Source of the DNA: Candidatus Avelusimicrobium pullicaecorum
GTDB taxonomy: Bacteria; Elusimicrobiota; Elusimicrobia; Elusimicrobiales; Elusimicrobiaceae
Direction of reading: 5' to 3'
Assembly: GCA_944322825.1 (NCBI GenBank)
Contig: CALUQD010000001.1
Span: 16,015-80,014 of the forward strand
Length of the DNA stretch: 64,000 nucleotides
Shown: positions 30,451-40,386 of the stretch, piece after piece
How positions within the stretch are numbered: position 1 is the stretch's first letter
Layout: each line of letters opens with the position of its first letter
Notes under the pieces: model-generated
What the model was told of the DNA's origin: nothing
Databases searched by the model: none
Seen by the model: the letters and a program-made list of their open reading frames with translations, nothing else
Made by a program: the position numbers and the translations under genes

Positions 30451-32101
30451 AATACGCTGTGCTATCTATACCCGTAAATCCAGCGAAGAAGGGCTGGAGA
30501 TGGATTTTAACAGTTTACAGGCCCAGCGGGAAGCGTGCGAAGCATATATTGCAAGCCAAAAGCAGGAGAATTGGCGTTTAATAAGCAGGGCATATAATGA
30601 CGGCGGTTATTCCGGCGGAACGCTAAACAGGCCGGCCCTGCAGCGCCTTTTGGCGGATGTAAAGGCGGGGCTGGTGGACATTATAGTGGTGTACAAAATA
30701 GACCGTTTAACCCGCAGTTTAATGGATTTCAGCAAGATAGTAGAAGTGCTGGATAAACACCAGGCTTCTTTTGTGTCTATTACCCAGCATTTTAATACCA
30801 CGACCAGTATGGGACGGCTGACCTTGAATATGTTGCTGTCTTTTGCGCAATTTGAGCGGGAAGTAACGGCGGAGCGCATACGGGATAAGTACGCGGCCAG
30901 CAAGAAAAAAGGCCTATGGATGGGCGGAATACCCCCTATGGGATACATCCGGCAGGAGAAAAAACTGGTTCCTGATAAAGAACAGGCCCTCAAAGTACAG
31001 CGTATTTTTGAAAAATATATTGAACTAAAGAGCATTGGGCTCTTAAAGGCCTGGCTTGATAAAAAAGGTATAGTCAGCCAACGGGGAAGGGCGTTAAGTG
31101 TTGGGAACCTGAACAAAATTCTGCATAACAGGGCTTACCTGGGGGAAGTGGGGCATAAAGGAACTTGGTATAAAGGCGAACATCTGGGGATAATTAGTGA
31201 GGAACTCTTTAATAAAGCGCAAGCCATTATGGCGGAAAATTACCGTATTAGGCGGGAATATAACCCCAACAAAAGCCTGCTTGCGGGAAAGTTATTTGAT
31301 GATAAAGGAAACTATATGAGCCCCAGCTGGAGCGGCGGGCGAAAAGGCAAGAAATACCGCTATTATATCAGCCAGGCCGTTATTCGAAAGGAAAAAGAGA
31401 AAATAGGGGCTATAACTAAAATATCTCTGCCGGAAATAGAAGGGTTTGTAATGGGCTGGGCAAAAGGGTTTTTGCAAGACCGGACGAAGGTATATCCTTA
31501 TTTGCAACAATTACCGATACCAAGGCAAAAAGAGGTGTGTGAAAAACTGTCCCTCCTTTCCGTTTCCCCCCAATGTGTACACGTGTTGATTAAGAGGGTA
31601 GATATATTTAAGGGCGAAATAAAAATAAGTATCTACCCGGAAAAGATAGGAAACATCATAGAAGCCCTATGCGATGGCAAAGAACTGACGATAGATAATG
31701 CGCTATTAGAGCGAGTCGTTGAAAGCTACACCGCTCCCTACCAAATAGCCACCATAGATAATGGCGCTAAAATTATCATAGGAACGGTTCTGCGGCCAGC
31801 TGTTCAAGATAAGTCTCTTATACATATTTTGCAAAAAGCCTATCGATGGCATAAGGATATTTTAACAGGCAAAACAATAAAAGAAATAGCGTTGAGCGAA
31901 CAGTTATCCGAGCGATATATATTGCGCATTTTGCAATTGAGTTTTTTGTCCCCTCGTATTACCAGGCATATTTTAGCGGGTACCTTGCCAAAGGGCGTTA
32001 CGCTAAAGAGGCTGCTAATGATCAAATCCGGCAATTGGGCAGAGCAGGAACAGCTATTAAATTTGCAGAACGGAACTTCGTTGGAATCAAAGAGAGCATA
32101 G
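30440..32101 (+). CDS. large serine recombinase / integrase
   Basis: CAIYTRKS catalytic motif, DGGYSGGTLNRPAL, YKIDRLTRS, AQFERE; recombinase domain. Confidence 0.95.
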   Translation: MQNKIRCAIYTRKSSEEGLEMDFNSLQAQREACEAYIASQKQENWRLISRAYNDGGYSGGTLNRPALQRLLADVKAGLVDIIVVYKIDRLTRSLMDFSKIVEVLDKHQASFVSITQHFNTTTSMGRLTLNMLLSFAQFEREVTAERIRDKYAASKKKGLWMGGIPPMGYIRQEKKLVPDKEQALKVQRIFEKYIELKSIGLLKAWLDKKGIVSQRGRALSVGNLNKILHNRAYLGEVGHKGTWYKGEHLGIISEELFNKAQAIMAENYRIRREYNPNKSLLAGKLFDDKGNYMSPSWSGGRKGKKYRYYISQAVIRKEKEKIGAITKISLPEIEGFVMGWAKGFLQDRTKVYPYLQQLPIPRQKEVCEKLSLLSVSPQCVHVLIKRVDIFKGEIKISIYPEKIGNIIEALCDGKELTIDNALLERVVESYTAPYQIATIDNGAKIIIGTVLRPAVQDKSLIHILQKAYRWHKDILTGKTIKEIALSEQLSERYILRILQLSFLSPRITRHILAGTLPKGVTLKRLLMIKSGNWAEQEQLLNLQNGTSLESKRA

Positions 32102-32166
32102 AAAACAAAAAAGAGTAACTTTTAATAAAAAGAGCCCCAAACAGAGCAACGAAAGTTCAGAAACAG

Positions 32167-32205
32167 CAAAATCCCCGTCGGGCACAAAGCCTAACGGGGA
32201 TTTTG
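32167..32205. terminator. bidirectional terminator supplied by the island (recombinase / tRNA)
   Basis: CAAAATCCCCGT...ACGGGGATTTTG inverted repeat. Confidence 0.75.
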
Positions 32206-32228
32206 ATAAGAAACTTAAAACTACAATA

Positions 32229-32319
32229 CGGAGAGGGAGGGATTCGAACCCTCGATACGGGAATTAACCCGTATAACGGTTTAGCAAACCGCCGCTTTCG
32301 GCCTCTCAGCCACCTCTCC
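32229..32319 (-). tRNA. tRNA-Ser(GCT)
   Basis: GGAGAGG acceptor stem, anticodon loop TT-GCT-AA, long variable arm, GGTTCGAATCC T-arm; CCA not encoded. Confidence 0.97.
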
Positions 32320-32438
32320 AAAATCAACTTTTTACGTCTGAAATATCAGACGGCTTATATATTATAACAAAATTTAAACCGCTTGTCCGTTTTCTTCCGC
32401 TTTATCAACGGAATACCGTCCGCTGGGTCGAAAAAAGA

Positions 32439-33395
32439 CTAAAAACTTTTTTTCAAGCCTTCCGCCAGCGGCGTAAACTGCTGGCCGGTTAAAGTTTGCC
32501 ATTTCTTGCCCGAGCAAATCCAGTGGCCCGGGATAGTAGCCTCGGTTACTTTATCGTAGTTCAAAGCCGGCTGGGCGCCGCTAATGTGGGCGGCCAGTTC
32601 GTATATCCACGCGGCCGTACGCATCATCCATTTGGGCGCATTGGGCATAAAGGGTTTATGAACATTCATCGCGCGGGCCATTTGGGTGATAAAATAATCC
32701 CACGAATAAACGGCGTCTTCCGTTACGAAATATGTTTCACCTGCGGTATCCTCGCGCGAATAAGCCAACCAAAGCGCTTGCACCAAATCATCCACGTGCA
32801 CAAAGCTGAAATAGCCATTGCCGGAAGTATTCACCATAATTCCGCGGCGCACCCACAGGGCGATTTTGGACACGCCCGAGTCGTTTTTTCCATACACAAT
32901 CGGCGGGCGGATAATCGTCCATTTTACGCCGGGGCGCAAGGTATGCACGGCTTGTTCCCCCCCTAATTTGGTGATGCCATAGTCGGACACGGGAGCCGGT
33001 TCCATTTCTTCGGTGCGGGGATGGTCTTTATCCGGCGCAAAGCCGCTGGCGGCCAGGCTGGATATGTGCACAAACGTTTTAATATCCGGCGATTGGTTGA
33101 CGGCCTCCACCACGTTGCGCGTAGCGGTGACGTTGGCTTTTTCGAAATCTTGGCGGTTAAACCCAAAAATAGCCGCGGCCAGGTGGAATACCCCCACGCA
33201 GCCTTGCAAGGCGTTTTTGAGGGATTGCACATCATTATAGTTGGCTTTAACCAAGGTAACGGCCGGATTAGCGGGCTGCTTTTTAGGCGTGCGGCGTGTA
33301 ACAATGCGCACATTGAAGCCTTCCTGCAGGAGTTTATCGGTTAACGCGCGGCCGATAAAACCGTTTCCGCCGGTGATTAAAATCGTATTTTTCAT
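32439..33395 (-). CDS. NAD-dependent epimerase/dehydratase (extended SDR)
   Basis: ITGGNGFIG, YGITK, RPPIVYG. Confidence 0.9.
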   Translation of the reverse strand: MKNTILITGGNGFIGRALTDKLLQEGFNVRIVTRRTPKKQPANPAVTLVKANYNDVQSLKNALQGCVGVFHLAAAIFGFNRQDFEKANVTATRNVVEAVNQSPDIKTFVHISSLAASGFAPDKDHPRTEEMEPAPVSDYGITKLGGEQAVHTLRPGVKWTIIRPPIVYGKNDSGVSKIALWVRRGIMVNTSGNGYFSFVHVDDLVQALWLAYSREDTAGETYFVTEDAVYSWDYFITQMARAMNVHKPFMPNAPKWMMRTAAWIYELAAHISGAQPALNYDKVTEATIPGHWICSGKKWQTLTGQQFTPLAEGLKKSF

Positions 33396-33398
33396 AGG

Positions 33399-33887
33399 TT
33401 ATTCTACCTGGATATCAATGGAATCAATCAGGTCGTCGGTGGTATTGGAAACTTTCTTTTTTATTTCCTTTTTTACTTCTTCTTTATCCAAGTCCTGGTT
33501 GATGAAATTTTCTTTGCGGCGGGCGTTGCGGCGGACAAAGTCGAAATTAAACGTAAAGCGCTGCAAGCCACGTTTGATGTCCGCTTTGGTGGGGATTTCC
33601 CCGTATTTAATTTTATTAATGGGGGTTACTTTGTCCTCTTGCGGGAAGTACCACAGCAACGAGTACATAATTGCACAAATCAATACAAAGAAAATCAATT
33701 TGTTGAGCGATTCGAACTTATACAGCCCAAACAAGTTGGAAATGACCGATAAGACCATAATCACGCCCGTCCACATTGCAAAAGCAACGCCCATAAACGT
33801 CCAGCCGGAGGCGTCAAAATGGGGGTACAATACCATTACCACAAAACAGCATAAAATGAGTACTGCAAAGCGTTGCCATCCATTCAT
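33399..33887 (-). CDS. hypothetical membrane protein
   Basis: Three TM helices; in operon. Confidence 0.7.
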   Translation of the reverse strand: MNGWQRFAVLILCCFVVMVLYPHFDASGWTFMGVAFAMWTGVIMVLSVISNLFGLYKFESLNKLIFFVLICAIMYSLLWYFPQEDKVTPINKIKYGEIPTKADIKRGLQRFTFNFDFVRRNARRKENFINQDLDKEEVKKEIKKKVSNTTDDLIDSIDIQVE

Positions 33888-33888
33888 A

Positions 33889-34605
33889 TTATTTCTCCTG
33901 TCGGAACTCTACGCTTACGGTGAGTTCGTCTTTTTCGTAATACATCGGCAGCGGCGCAAAAGGCCCGGCGTTGATGACGGCGGACGTAGCGGCAAAGTCA
34001 AAAGTGTCATCCCCGGATTTGCGGTCTACCTGTAAATCTTTTATTTTCCCGTCGCGCGCGATGGCAAAGGACACCAGCGCGGAAAGTTCCGTCCCGGCGG
34101 GGCGCCGTTTTTCCCATTCAATCCACAGCGAGTTGCGCACTTGGGTAATGTACCACGGGTACGGAAAGTTGGCAAAATCGGTTTGAATGTTGCCGCCGGC
34201 AAATTCCCCTTCTTTGGAGGCGCTCCCCCCTGTTCCGGCGGCTTTGGCGTCGGCTTCGTCGTCCAGCACGCTGGGGGCCGCTAGCGGGGCGGCTTTGGGC
34301 TGGGCTTTTTTGGTTTGTTTTTTAGTGGTGATTTCGCTCTTGGACGCGTAGGCCTTTTTGTTGGTTTTTGTTTCCGGTTTGGCTACGGCGGATTTATCGG
34401 GCGCGGGCGCCTGTACGGCCGCTTTGGGGGCCGCCGGCGCCGGGGAGGAGGCTTCCTGCCCGGTGGTGGCTACCACTTTGCCCGTTCCGATAAAGTCAAT
34501 CGTATACGTGGCCGAGGCCTTCTTGGCGGAAGGGGCCAGTAACAACAGCAGGAACAGGGCGGCCAATACGTGAAGGCCGCTGGAAAGGGCCAGGTAACGG
34601 TTCAT
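33889..34605 (-). CDS. TonB/TolA family energy transducer
   Basis: TM with SSGLH motif, Ala/Pro/Lys linker, TonB_C-like domain (SGDDTFD.AA..AV..A.PF.PLP). Confidence 0.85.
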   Translation of the reverse strand: MNRYLALSSGLHVLAALFLLLLLAPSAKKASATYTIDFIGTGKVVATTGQEASSPAPAAPKAAVQAPAPDKSAVAKPETKTNKKAYASKSEITTKKQTKKAQPKAAPLAAPSVLDDEADAKAAGTGGSASKEGEFAGGNIQTDFANFPYPWYITQVRNSLWIEWEKRRPAGTELSALVSFAIARDGKIKDLQVDRKSGDDTFDFAATSAVINAGPFAPLPMYYEKDELTVSVEFRQEK

Positions 34606-35009
34606 TAGTTTTTAGAAAGTACTCCAATTCCCAGTTTAGCGGCGCCGAGTTTTTTGGCGACGTCAAACACATCCACTACTTGCTGTATCGGCACGTCTTT
34701 ATCGGCTTGCACTAAAATGGTTTTTTTGCTGGCTTTGCCCATACGCAAAATCAGTTCGCGTTCCAGGTTGCGCATCGTCAGCTTTTTGTTCATTACAAAA
34801 ATCGTTCCGTTTTTTTGCACTTCGACGCGAATGACGTCATCTTCCGCCTGGGTGTTAATCGCTTGGGATTTGGGCAAATCCACCGTCAGCTGCATTTGCA
34901 CCAACAGCGGGCTCATCACCATAAAAATAATCAGCAAAATCAGCGTGATGTCGATAAACGGCACCATATTGATTTCGGCCATTACCGTTCTGTTTTTGTG
35001 TGTACTCAT
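34605..35009 (-). CDS. ExbD/TolR family protein
   Basis: EINMVPFIDITLILLIIFMV; ADKDV. Confidence 0.92.
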   Translation of the reverse strand: MSTHKNRTVMAEINMVPFIDITLILLIIFMVMSPLLVQMQLTVDLPKSQAINTQAEDDVIRVEVQKNGTIFVMNKKLTMRNLERELILRMGKASKKTILVQADKDVPIQQVVDVFDVAKKLGAAKLGIGVLSKN

Positions 35010-35012
35010 AGC

Positions 35013-35666
35013 TTAAAACTCGCCGGGTTCTTCGTCTTGGCGGCAGATTACTTCATCGGCCGCGTTTTCCAGTTCTTTGGCAAAATAATTTGTTTTGGAC
35101 AGGAAATAGTTATACGCAATTACCGCCGGAATGGCCACAAATAGGCCCGCCGCCGTGTTGATAAGCGCTTCGGCGATACCGGCCGCCACGACGGACGCTC
35201 CCGCCCCGGTAGCGGTGGTGGAAGCCAAATCCTTAAACGCGTGCATTACCCCAATTACCGTGCCGAATAAGCCGATAAACGGCGTAATGCTGCCCAGCGT
35301 ACCCAATACCGTCAGGCGGCGCTGGAGTTTGGAAATTTCCCAATCAATGATAGAATCCGAAATTTTTTCCAGTTCGCCCTGGCTGCGGTGGCGTTCCTGC
35401 ACCAAGCGCGAAAGAAGCGCCGCGGCCGGAGTGTTTTTTACGACTTCCTTGTGGCAGGCATCCAGCACTTTTTGGTAATTTTCCGAGCGGAGCGGATGGC
35501 GGCAGTAAGCGATTAATTTGCGTGAAAGCGAAACAGACGAACGCAATTTAAAAAAGCGTTCCAAAATAACGGAAATGGAATAAACTGATAATAACAGCAA
35601 GAGAATCAGCACCGGTCCGCCGGCGGCTAATAACTCGCGCACATTGGTCATATTGGAAAAGTCCAT
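35013..35666 (-). CDS. MotA/TolQ/ExbB proton channel
   Basis: TPFIGLFGTVIG, GIAEALINTAAGLFVAIPA. Confidence 0.93.
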   Translation of the reverse strand: MDFSNMTNVRELLAAGGPVLILLLLLSVYSISVILERFFKLRSSVSLSRKLIAYCRHPLRSENYQKVLDACHKEVVKNTPAAALLSRLVQERHRSQGELEKISDSIIDWEISKLQRRLTVLGTLGSITPFIGLFGTVIGVMHAFKDLASTTATGAGASVVAAGIAEALINTAAGLFVAIPAVIAYNYFLSKTNYFAKELENAADEVICRQDEEPGEF

Positions 35667-35685
35667 AATTCATTATCTCCTTGGG

Positions 35686-36168
35686 TTACCCCTTCACAAA
35701 AAATATAATAAAAAGCTGTATTAAGATATTGGCCATCAGCCCGCCGGCTACGTCGTCAAACACAATGCCGAAGGGGTTTTCCATCCGGTCGAATGTTTTT
35801 ACCAGCCACGGCTTGAGGGTGTCAAACGTCCGAAACAGCACAAACGCCGCCAGCAGGTAAGGCCACGTACGGGGCAAGAATGCCATTGCCGCAATATAAC
35901 CGGCCATTTCATCAATAATGATTTTGGGGTTATCGTGCCCGGTCTGTCCTTTAAATTGTACTTTTTTACAGATGATTACCGCAAATGCCCAAAATGCCAG
36001 CATAGCAATCAAATAGAGCATTGGGTCGGACGGGAAGGCCAATACTAAAAGCACCCCCCACAGGGTGCCCAAAAATCCGGCGCCGGTATTTTTTTTATAT
36101 TTAAATACCAAAGGCGGCAGATAGCTGACAAACAACCCCGTAGCCAACGCGCGGATAATTATTTGCAT
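35686..36168 (-). CDS. pgpA: phosphatidylglycerophosphatase A
   Basis: HDNPKIIIDE, FRTFDTLKPW, GIVFDDV. Confidence 0.9.
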   Translation of the reverse strand: MQIIIRALATGLFVSYLPPLVFKYKKNTGAGFLGTLWGVLLVLAFPSDPMLYLIAMLAFWAFAVIICKKVQFKGQTGHDNPKIIIDEMAGYIAAMAFLPRTWPYLLAAFVLFRTFDTLKPWLVKTFDRMENPFGIVFDDVAGGLMANILIQLFIIFFVKG

Positions 36169-36779
36169 ACGGGCAAGCTCCAGGATTTTTTAAGCAAGTC
36201 CCAGTTGTTTTTTAAGTACGAAATCGCGCTGATCCACGTAATTATTGCCGCAATAGCCGTGATGGCATAGGGCACTTTTTGCAACGTGATAAACAAAATG
36301 ATGGCCGTGGTTTTGGCTCCGCCCGTCAAAATGTGGGACAGGTGATAGACGTCCAGCACAAAGAAAATAGTTCCCACCGCCGTCATTTGAATAACGGTTT
36401 TGAATTTGCCCCACCGTTCGGCCGCCATCACTTTGCCTTCCAGTGCGGCAATCACGCGCAGGGTGGAAATCATCAATTCGCGCAGCAGGATAAAAAACAC
36501 CGCCCAAATCGGGATATCCAGTTCCTTAATGCCTACAAACGCAAAGAAGGCCGCGGCAACCAAAATTTTGTCTACAAACGGGTCCACAATCGCGCCAAAC
36601 GGGGTGATGGTGTTGGTTTCGCGGGCGATTTTGCCGTCCACCCAGTCGGTGCTGGCGGCTACGATAAAAATCAGCGTAGCAGTAAAGCGCGCCCAGCCGA
36701 AAGGCATTAAAATAAACAAAAACATCACAATAGACAGCGCAGCGCGCGTAAGGGTGATTTTATTGGCTAAAGTCATCAT
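36159..36779 (-). CDS. pgsA: CDP-diacylglycerol--glycerol-3-phosphate 3-phosphatidyltransferase
   Basis: TDWVDGKIAR...T.FGAIVDPFVDK, WGKFKT. Confidence 0.92.
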   Translation of the reverse strand: MMTLANKITLTRAALSIVMFLFILMPFGWARFTATLIFIVAASTDWVDGKIARETNTITPFGAIVDPFVDKILVAAAFFAFVGIKELDIPIWAVFFILLRELMISTLRVIAALEGKVMAAERWGKFKTVIQMTAVGTIFFVLDVYHLSHILTGGAKTTAIILFITLQKVPYAITAIAAIITWISAISYLKNNWDLLKKSWSLPVCK

Positions 36780-37567
36780 TTATGAAATCCTCCGAACACA
36801 TCCGCCGGAAGCGGCGTATTTTTGTGGGTGTTTTTTAAGTTCGCCCGTGTGACCATCAAATCCGAGTGGATGGTGATGGTTTGTGGGAAGTAATCTTTTT
36901 TGGAAAGGGTTAAATAGAGGGTATATTCCTCCCCTTCTTTGGGGGTGAGCACCAGAACGGCGGTTTGAGCGTTCTGGCTTTGTACCGAAGCGTTATGCCG
37001 TTCCACCAGTGCCGTGTAGTTGCCAAAATCAAACAAGGCCTGGTTGGGCTGGCCCTGCTGCCAATCCGCCCAAGACAAGGTGGTAACGTGTTGGTTGTTT
37101 TCGTCTAAAATAACGATGTCTTTTTTATCCGTAACGGCGGATTGTTCCATTTCGCCCCGGGGGTTGAGGGTATCTAAGCGCAAGCGGTTTTGGGGCTTGT
37201 CGTAAAAGAGTTTGCCCTGCGAACGGCTGATTTCCACCCCGTCGTAAGAAGTCGTCTGTTCGAAATCCGTTTCCAACGTGTTTAAATTTTTGTCCCATTG
37301 TTTAAGCCGTTCGGCCAGTTCGGCGGCGGATAAGCGCGGCGCGGCCGGCGGTTGGGGTTGCGTGGCGGCAGCGGGAGCCGGTTTTACCGGCGCGGCGGTG
37401 GGTTGTTCCGCGGCGGACGGTTTGGGCTGCGGGGCTTGCGCGGCCTTAGCTTGGGGGGCCGGAGCCGCCGGCGCGGTTTGCGGCGGAGTGGGGTTGGAAT
37501 CCGAACACGCGGCCAACAGCAGCGCGGCGCATACGGCGGGGAATAGGTTACTTATACACGGTTTCAT
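36776..37567 (-). CDS. LolA-like lipoprotein carrier with a lipobox and Pro/Ala linker
   Basis: Downstream of ftsK; TDFEQT...SQGKLFYDKP; LAAC lipobox. Confidence 0.7.
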   Translation of the reverse strand: MKPCISNLFPAVCAALLLAACSDSNPTPPQTAPAAPAPQAKAAQAPQPKPSAAEQPTAAPVKPAPAAATQPQPPAAPRLSAAELAERLKQWDKNLNTLETDFEQTTSYDGVEISRSQGKLFYDKPQNRLRLDTLNPRGEMEQSAVTDKKDIVILDENNQHVTTLSWADWQQGQPNQALFDFGNYTALVERHNASVQSQNAQTAVLVLTPKEGEEYTLYLTLSKKDYFPQTITIHSDLMVTRANLKNTHKNTPLPADVFGGFHK

Positions 37568-39848
37568 AGGTTTCTTCCTGGTAGTTTTTGTCGTACGGCA
37601 GGGAATTTAATTCTTCCAAGGCTTGGTCAATCATTTCGTAATGGATTTCCCAGCGGTTGGAGCCTTCCGGCTTGGAAATATATCCTTTCATTTCCAGCAC
37701 GCTTAACATATTGGTCGCGCGGGCGCTGGACCCGAAATGCGCTTTTAGCAAATCCTGCGACACGCGGCGGCGTTCCTTAATTAAATTTAACGCCTGGGTT
37801 AATTCTTCGGGGCTGGTGCCCAGTCCGTCCTGCGGGCGTTGGTTGGGGTTGTGTTCCGCCACAATTTGCACCGGGTAGTCCGGCCCGCCTTGGGCGCGCA
37901 GGAAATCGGCCACGGCTTTGATTTCTTTTTCCGACACATACGCCCCCTGGATGCGAAGCGGCGTTTTATCCGAAGTGCTTTGGTAGAGCATATCGCCTTT
38001 TCCGAGCAAATCTTCGGCGCCGGTAGCGTCCAAAATAACTTTTGAGTCGATAGACGACGCCACCTGCAAGGCAATGCGGGAAGGCAAGTTTGCCTTAATT
38101 ACGCCCGTGACCACCTTTACCGACGGCCGCTGGGTGCATAAAATGAGGTGAATGCCCAGCGCGCGGCCCATTTGCGCCAAGCGTTGGATGGAATCTTCGA
38201 TAGAGGCTTTGGTTTGCAGCATTAAGTCGGCCATTTCGTCGATGATGACGAAGATATAGAACATCTTTTCTTCGTTATTTTGTTTGGCCCACTGGTTGTA
38301 GCCTTCGATGTTTTTGACCTTTGCCAACTGCATAATTTGCAGGCGTTTTTCCATCACTTTCACCAGCATTTGCAGCGATTTGGCCGCCCCGTTGGCGTCG
38401 GTGACGACGTCTACATCGTCGCACGAGGTTTTGGGGTCGTAGAGGTACGGGATGCCTTCGTAGAGGGTTAATTCGACGCGTTTGGGGTCAATCATCAAAA
38501 ATTTCACTTCGTCCGGGCGGTGTTTGTACAGCAAGGACATAATAATCGTATGCAGACAAATGGATTTACCGCTGTTGGTGGCGCCGGCAATCAAAATATG
38601 CGGCCATTTTTCCGCCACGGAGCCGGCCGGGTTTCCGTCGGCATAGCGGCCCAAGGCAATCGGCAGGACGGCTTTGGACGAGGCATACACCGGCGACTGG
38701 AGAATTTCCTTCATCGTTACCATCACGGGGCGTTCGTTGGGGATTTCGAACCCAACGGCGTTTTTGCCCGGAATAGGCGCCTGCACGCGGATGGCGCGCG
38801 CTTCCATACTGGCCTGGATGTCCTGCGTGCGGGCCGTGATGGAGGCAATCGTCACGCCCGGGTCGGGCTTGATTTCGTAGCGGGTGACCACCGGCCCCGG
38901 CGATACGCCGGTCACGCTGGCGCGGATATCAAAACTTTTTAAAGTGGCTTCCAGGCGGCGGGTGGCCTGGGCGATTTCGTCGTCCGTCGGGCCGACGATG
39001 CCGTCCCCCACCGGGTCGTTAAGCAAGTCCAGCGACGGCAACACAAAAGTTTTAGGGTCAAATTTCTTTACTTCGCCGGTTTCTTCGGCGGGGTTATCGG
39101 CCGCCGGGTGCTGGGAGGATAATTCTTCCCGGCGGGGCAAGGTGATTTGCTCCGCTACCGGCCGGCGGATTTCCGGCTTGGCGCGGTGGATTTCCGGCGC
39201 TTCGTGGATTTCCTCCGCTACGGGGCGGGGTGCTTCTTTGGCGGATTTTTCTTTCAGTTCGCTGCGTCCTTCTTGCACGCGTTGTTTCAGTTCGGCGCGG
39301 GCGTCGATCCAGCCGTCAAAATCGTTGCGGATAAATTCCACCGTCTTTTGCAAAATAACCGACCACGGTATCGCAAACAGCATATGTATCCCCACCAGCG
39401 CCAGCGCCAGCGAAAATACCGTCGCCCCTACCGTGCCGCTTACGCCTTTTAGCGCGTAAAACAGGGTTTGGCCTACCCGTCCGCCGCTGATGAGCGAATC
39501 GGTAAAAATAAGTTTTAAAAGCGTCAGCAAGCTGGAAAACGCCGCCAGACTGAGGGCCGAGCCCAATAAAAAGAATAAAAAGGAATGGCTTTTGTTGCGT
39601 ACGGTTTGAATGAGCCAATAAGCCAAAAACAGCGGAATCAGCCCCGCGCTCTGCCCCAATAGTTGGGAAAGATACGTGGCCGCGGCTTCCCCCGCCGGGC
39701 CTTTGGAAATGTTGAACCAAAGAATGCAAAACAGCCACAAGCAGACGGCCCCGGCCAAAATGTACAAGGCGGTGCGCATCCAAGCGAGGGAGGATGTTTT
39801 TTTAGTTTTCTTTTTGGATTTTTTAGCGGCGTAATAATACTTGGGCAT
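37548..39848 (-). CDS. ftsK: DNA translocase FtsK
   Basis: N-terminal TMs, GPVVTRYE, PHILIAGATNSGKS, IDPKRVEL, IDEMADLM, TQRPS. Confidence 0.95.
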   Translation of the reverse strand: MPKYYYAAKKSKKKTKKTSSLAWMRTALYILAGAVCLWLFCILWFNISKGPAGEAAATYLSQLLGQSAGLIPLFLAYWLIQTVRNKSHSFLFFLLGSALSLAAFSSLLTLLKLIFTDSLISGGRVGQTLFYALKGVSGTVGATVFSLALALVGIHMLFAIPWSVILQKTVEFIRNDFDGWIDARAELKQRVQEGRSELKEKSAKEAPRPVAEEIHEAPEIHRAKPEIRRPVAEQITLPRREELSSQHPAADNPAEETGEVKKFDPKTFVLPSLDLLNDPVGDGIVGPTDDEIAQATRRLEATLKSFDIRASVTGVSPGPVVTRYEIKPDPGVTIASITARTQDIQASMEARAIRVQAPIPGKNAVGFEIPNERPVMVTMKEILQSPVYASSKAVLPIALGRYADGNPAGSVAEKWPHILIAGATNSGKSICLHTIIMSLLYKHRPDEVKFLMIDPKRVELTLYEGIPYLYDPKTSCDDVDVVTDANGAAKSLQMLVKVMEKRLQIMQLAKVKNIEGYNQWAKQNNEEKMFYIFVIIDEMADLMLQTKASIEDSIQRLAQMGRALGIHLILCTQRPSVKVVTGVIKANLPSRIALQVASSIDSKVILDATGAEDLLGKGDMLYQSTSDKTPLRIQGAYVSEKEIKAVADFLRAQGGPDYPVQIVAEHNPNQRPQDGLGTSPEELTQALNLIKERRRVSQDLLKAHFGSSARATNMLSVLEMKGYISKPEGSNRWEIHYEMIDQALEELNSLPYDKNYQEETYETVYK

Positions 39849-40129
39849 ATTCTTTATTTTACATTTTTTTACGAAGTATGGGGAAATTTCCCCCGTCCCA
39901 AAAAACGATTGCCGCCTCTTGGCGGGGCGCGCGCCGAACCCCGGCTGGAAAACGTGTACAAAAAATGCCCTTTAAAACAAGTTTTTGCGGGGAAACGGCC
40001 CCTTGCCTTTTCCAACCGGCGGCGGCCGCCATACGGGGCCAATTCTTCCAATCGCTGATTGCCGAAAATTTCCAGGCTGCCGCCGTTAAATACAGGGCAT
40101 AAAAAACCCCGCCGAAGCGGGGTGTTAGG

Positions 40130-40384
40130 TTACATATTTTCTTGAATGGGCGCCGCTGGCGGAACCGAAGCAGGCTGCTGCCCCCAGGTTACGTGGTAGT
40201 TGATACCGTCCGCCACCAGGGATATTTTCCCTTGGCTTAACAAGGCCCCTAATGCCAAATAGAGTACGGAACTGGACAGCCGAAACATAATTTTAAGCTT
40301 CCAGGAAGTGGCGGTTTGGTGTTCCGCCAAGTATTCGGCGATGCGGGTGGTGGCGGTTTGGATATTTTCTTGTAAAGGCGTCAT
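40130..40384 (-). CDS. small winged-helix-like protein (DUF2582-like)
   Basis: I...A.RI.EYL...LYLALG.L...GKI pattern. Confidence 0.5.
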   Translation of the reverse strand: MTPLQENIQTATTRIAEYLAEHQTATSWKLKIMFRLSSSVLYLALGALLSQGKISLVADGINYHVTWGQQPASVPPAAPIQENM

Positions 40385-40386
40385 AG

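Larger units (their letters stand above)
13372..32233. mobile_element. serine-recombinase genomic (defence) island integrated at the tRNA-Ser 3' end
   Basis: 9-bp direct repeat AATACGGAG at 13372-13380 and 32225-32233 (overlapping the tRNA 3' end); DUF2924 + recombinase at the right end; AT-rich cargo; R-M genes. Confidence 0.88.

Noticed and set aside
13372-32233. Island as a prophage or ICE
   Set aside because: No structural, replication, relaxase or T4SS genes are visible
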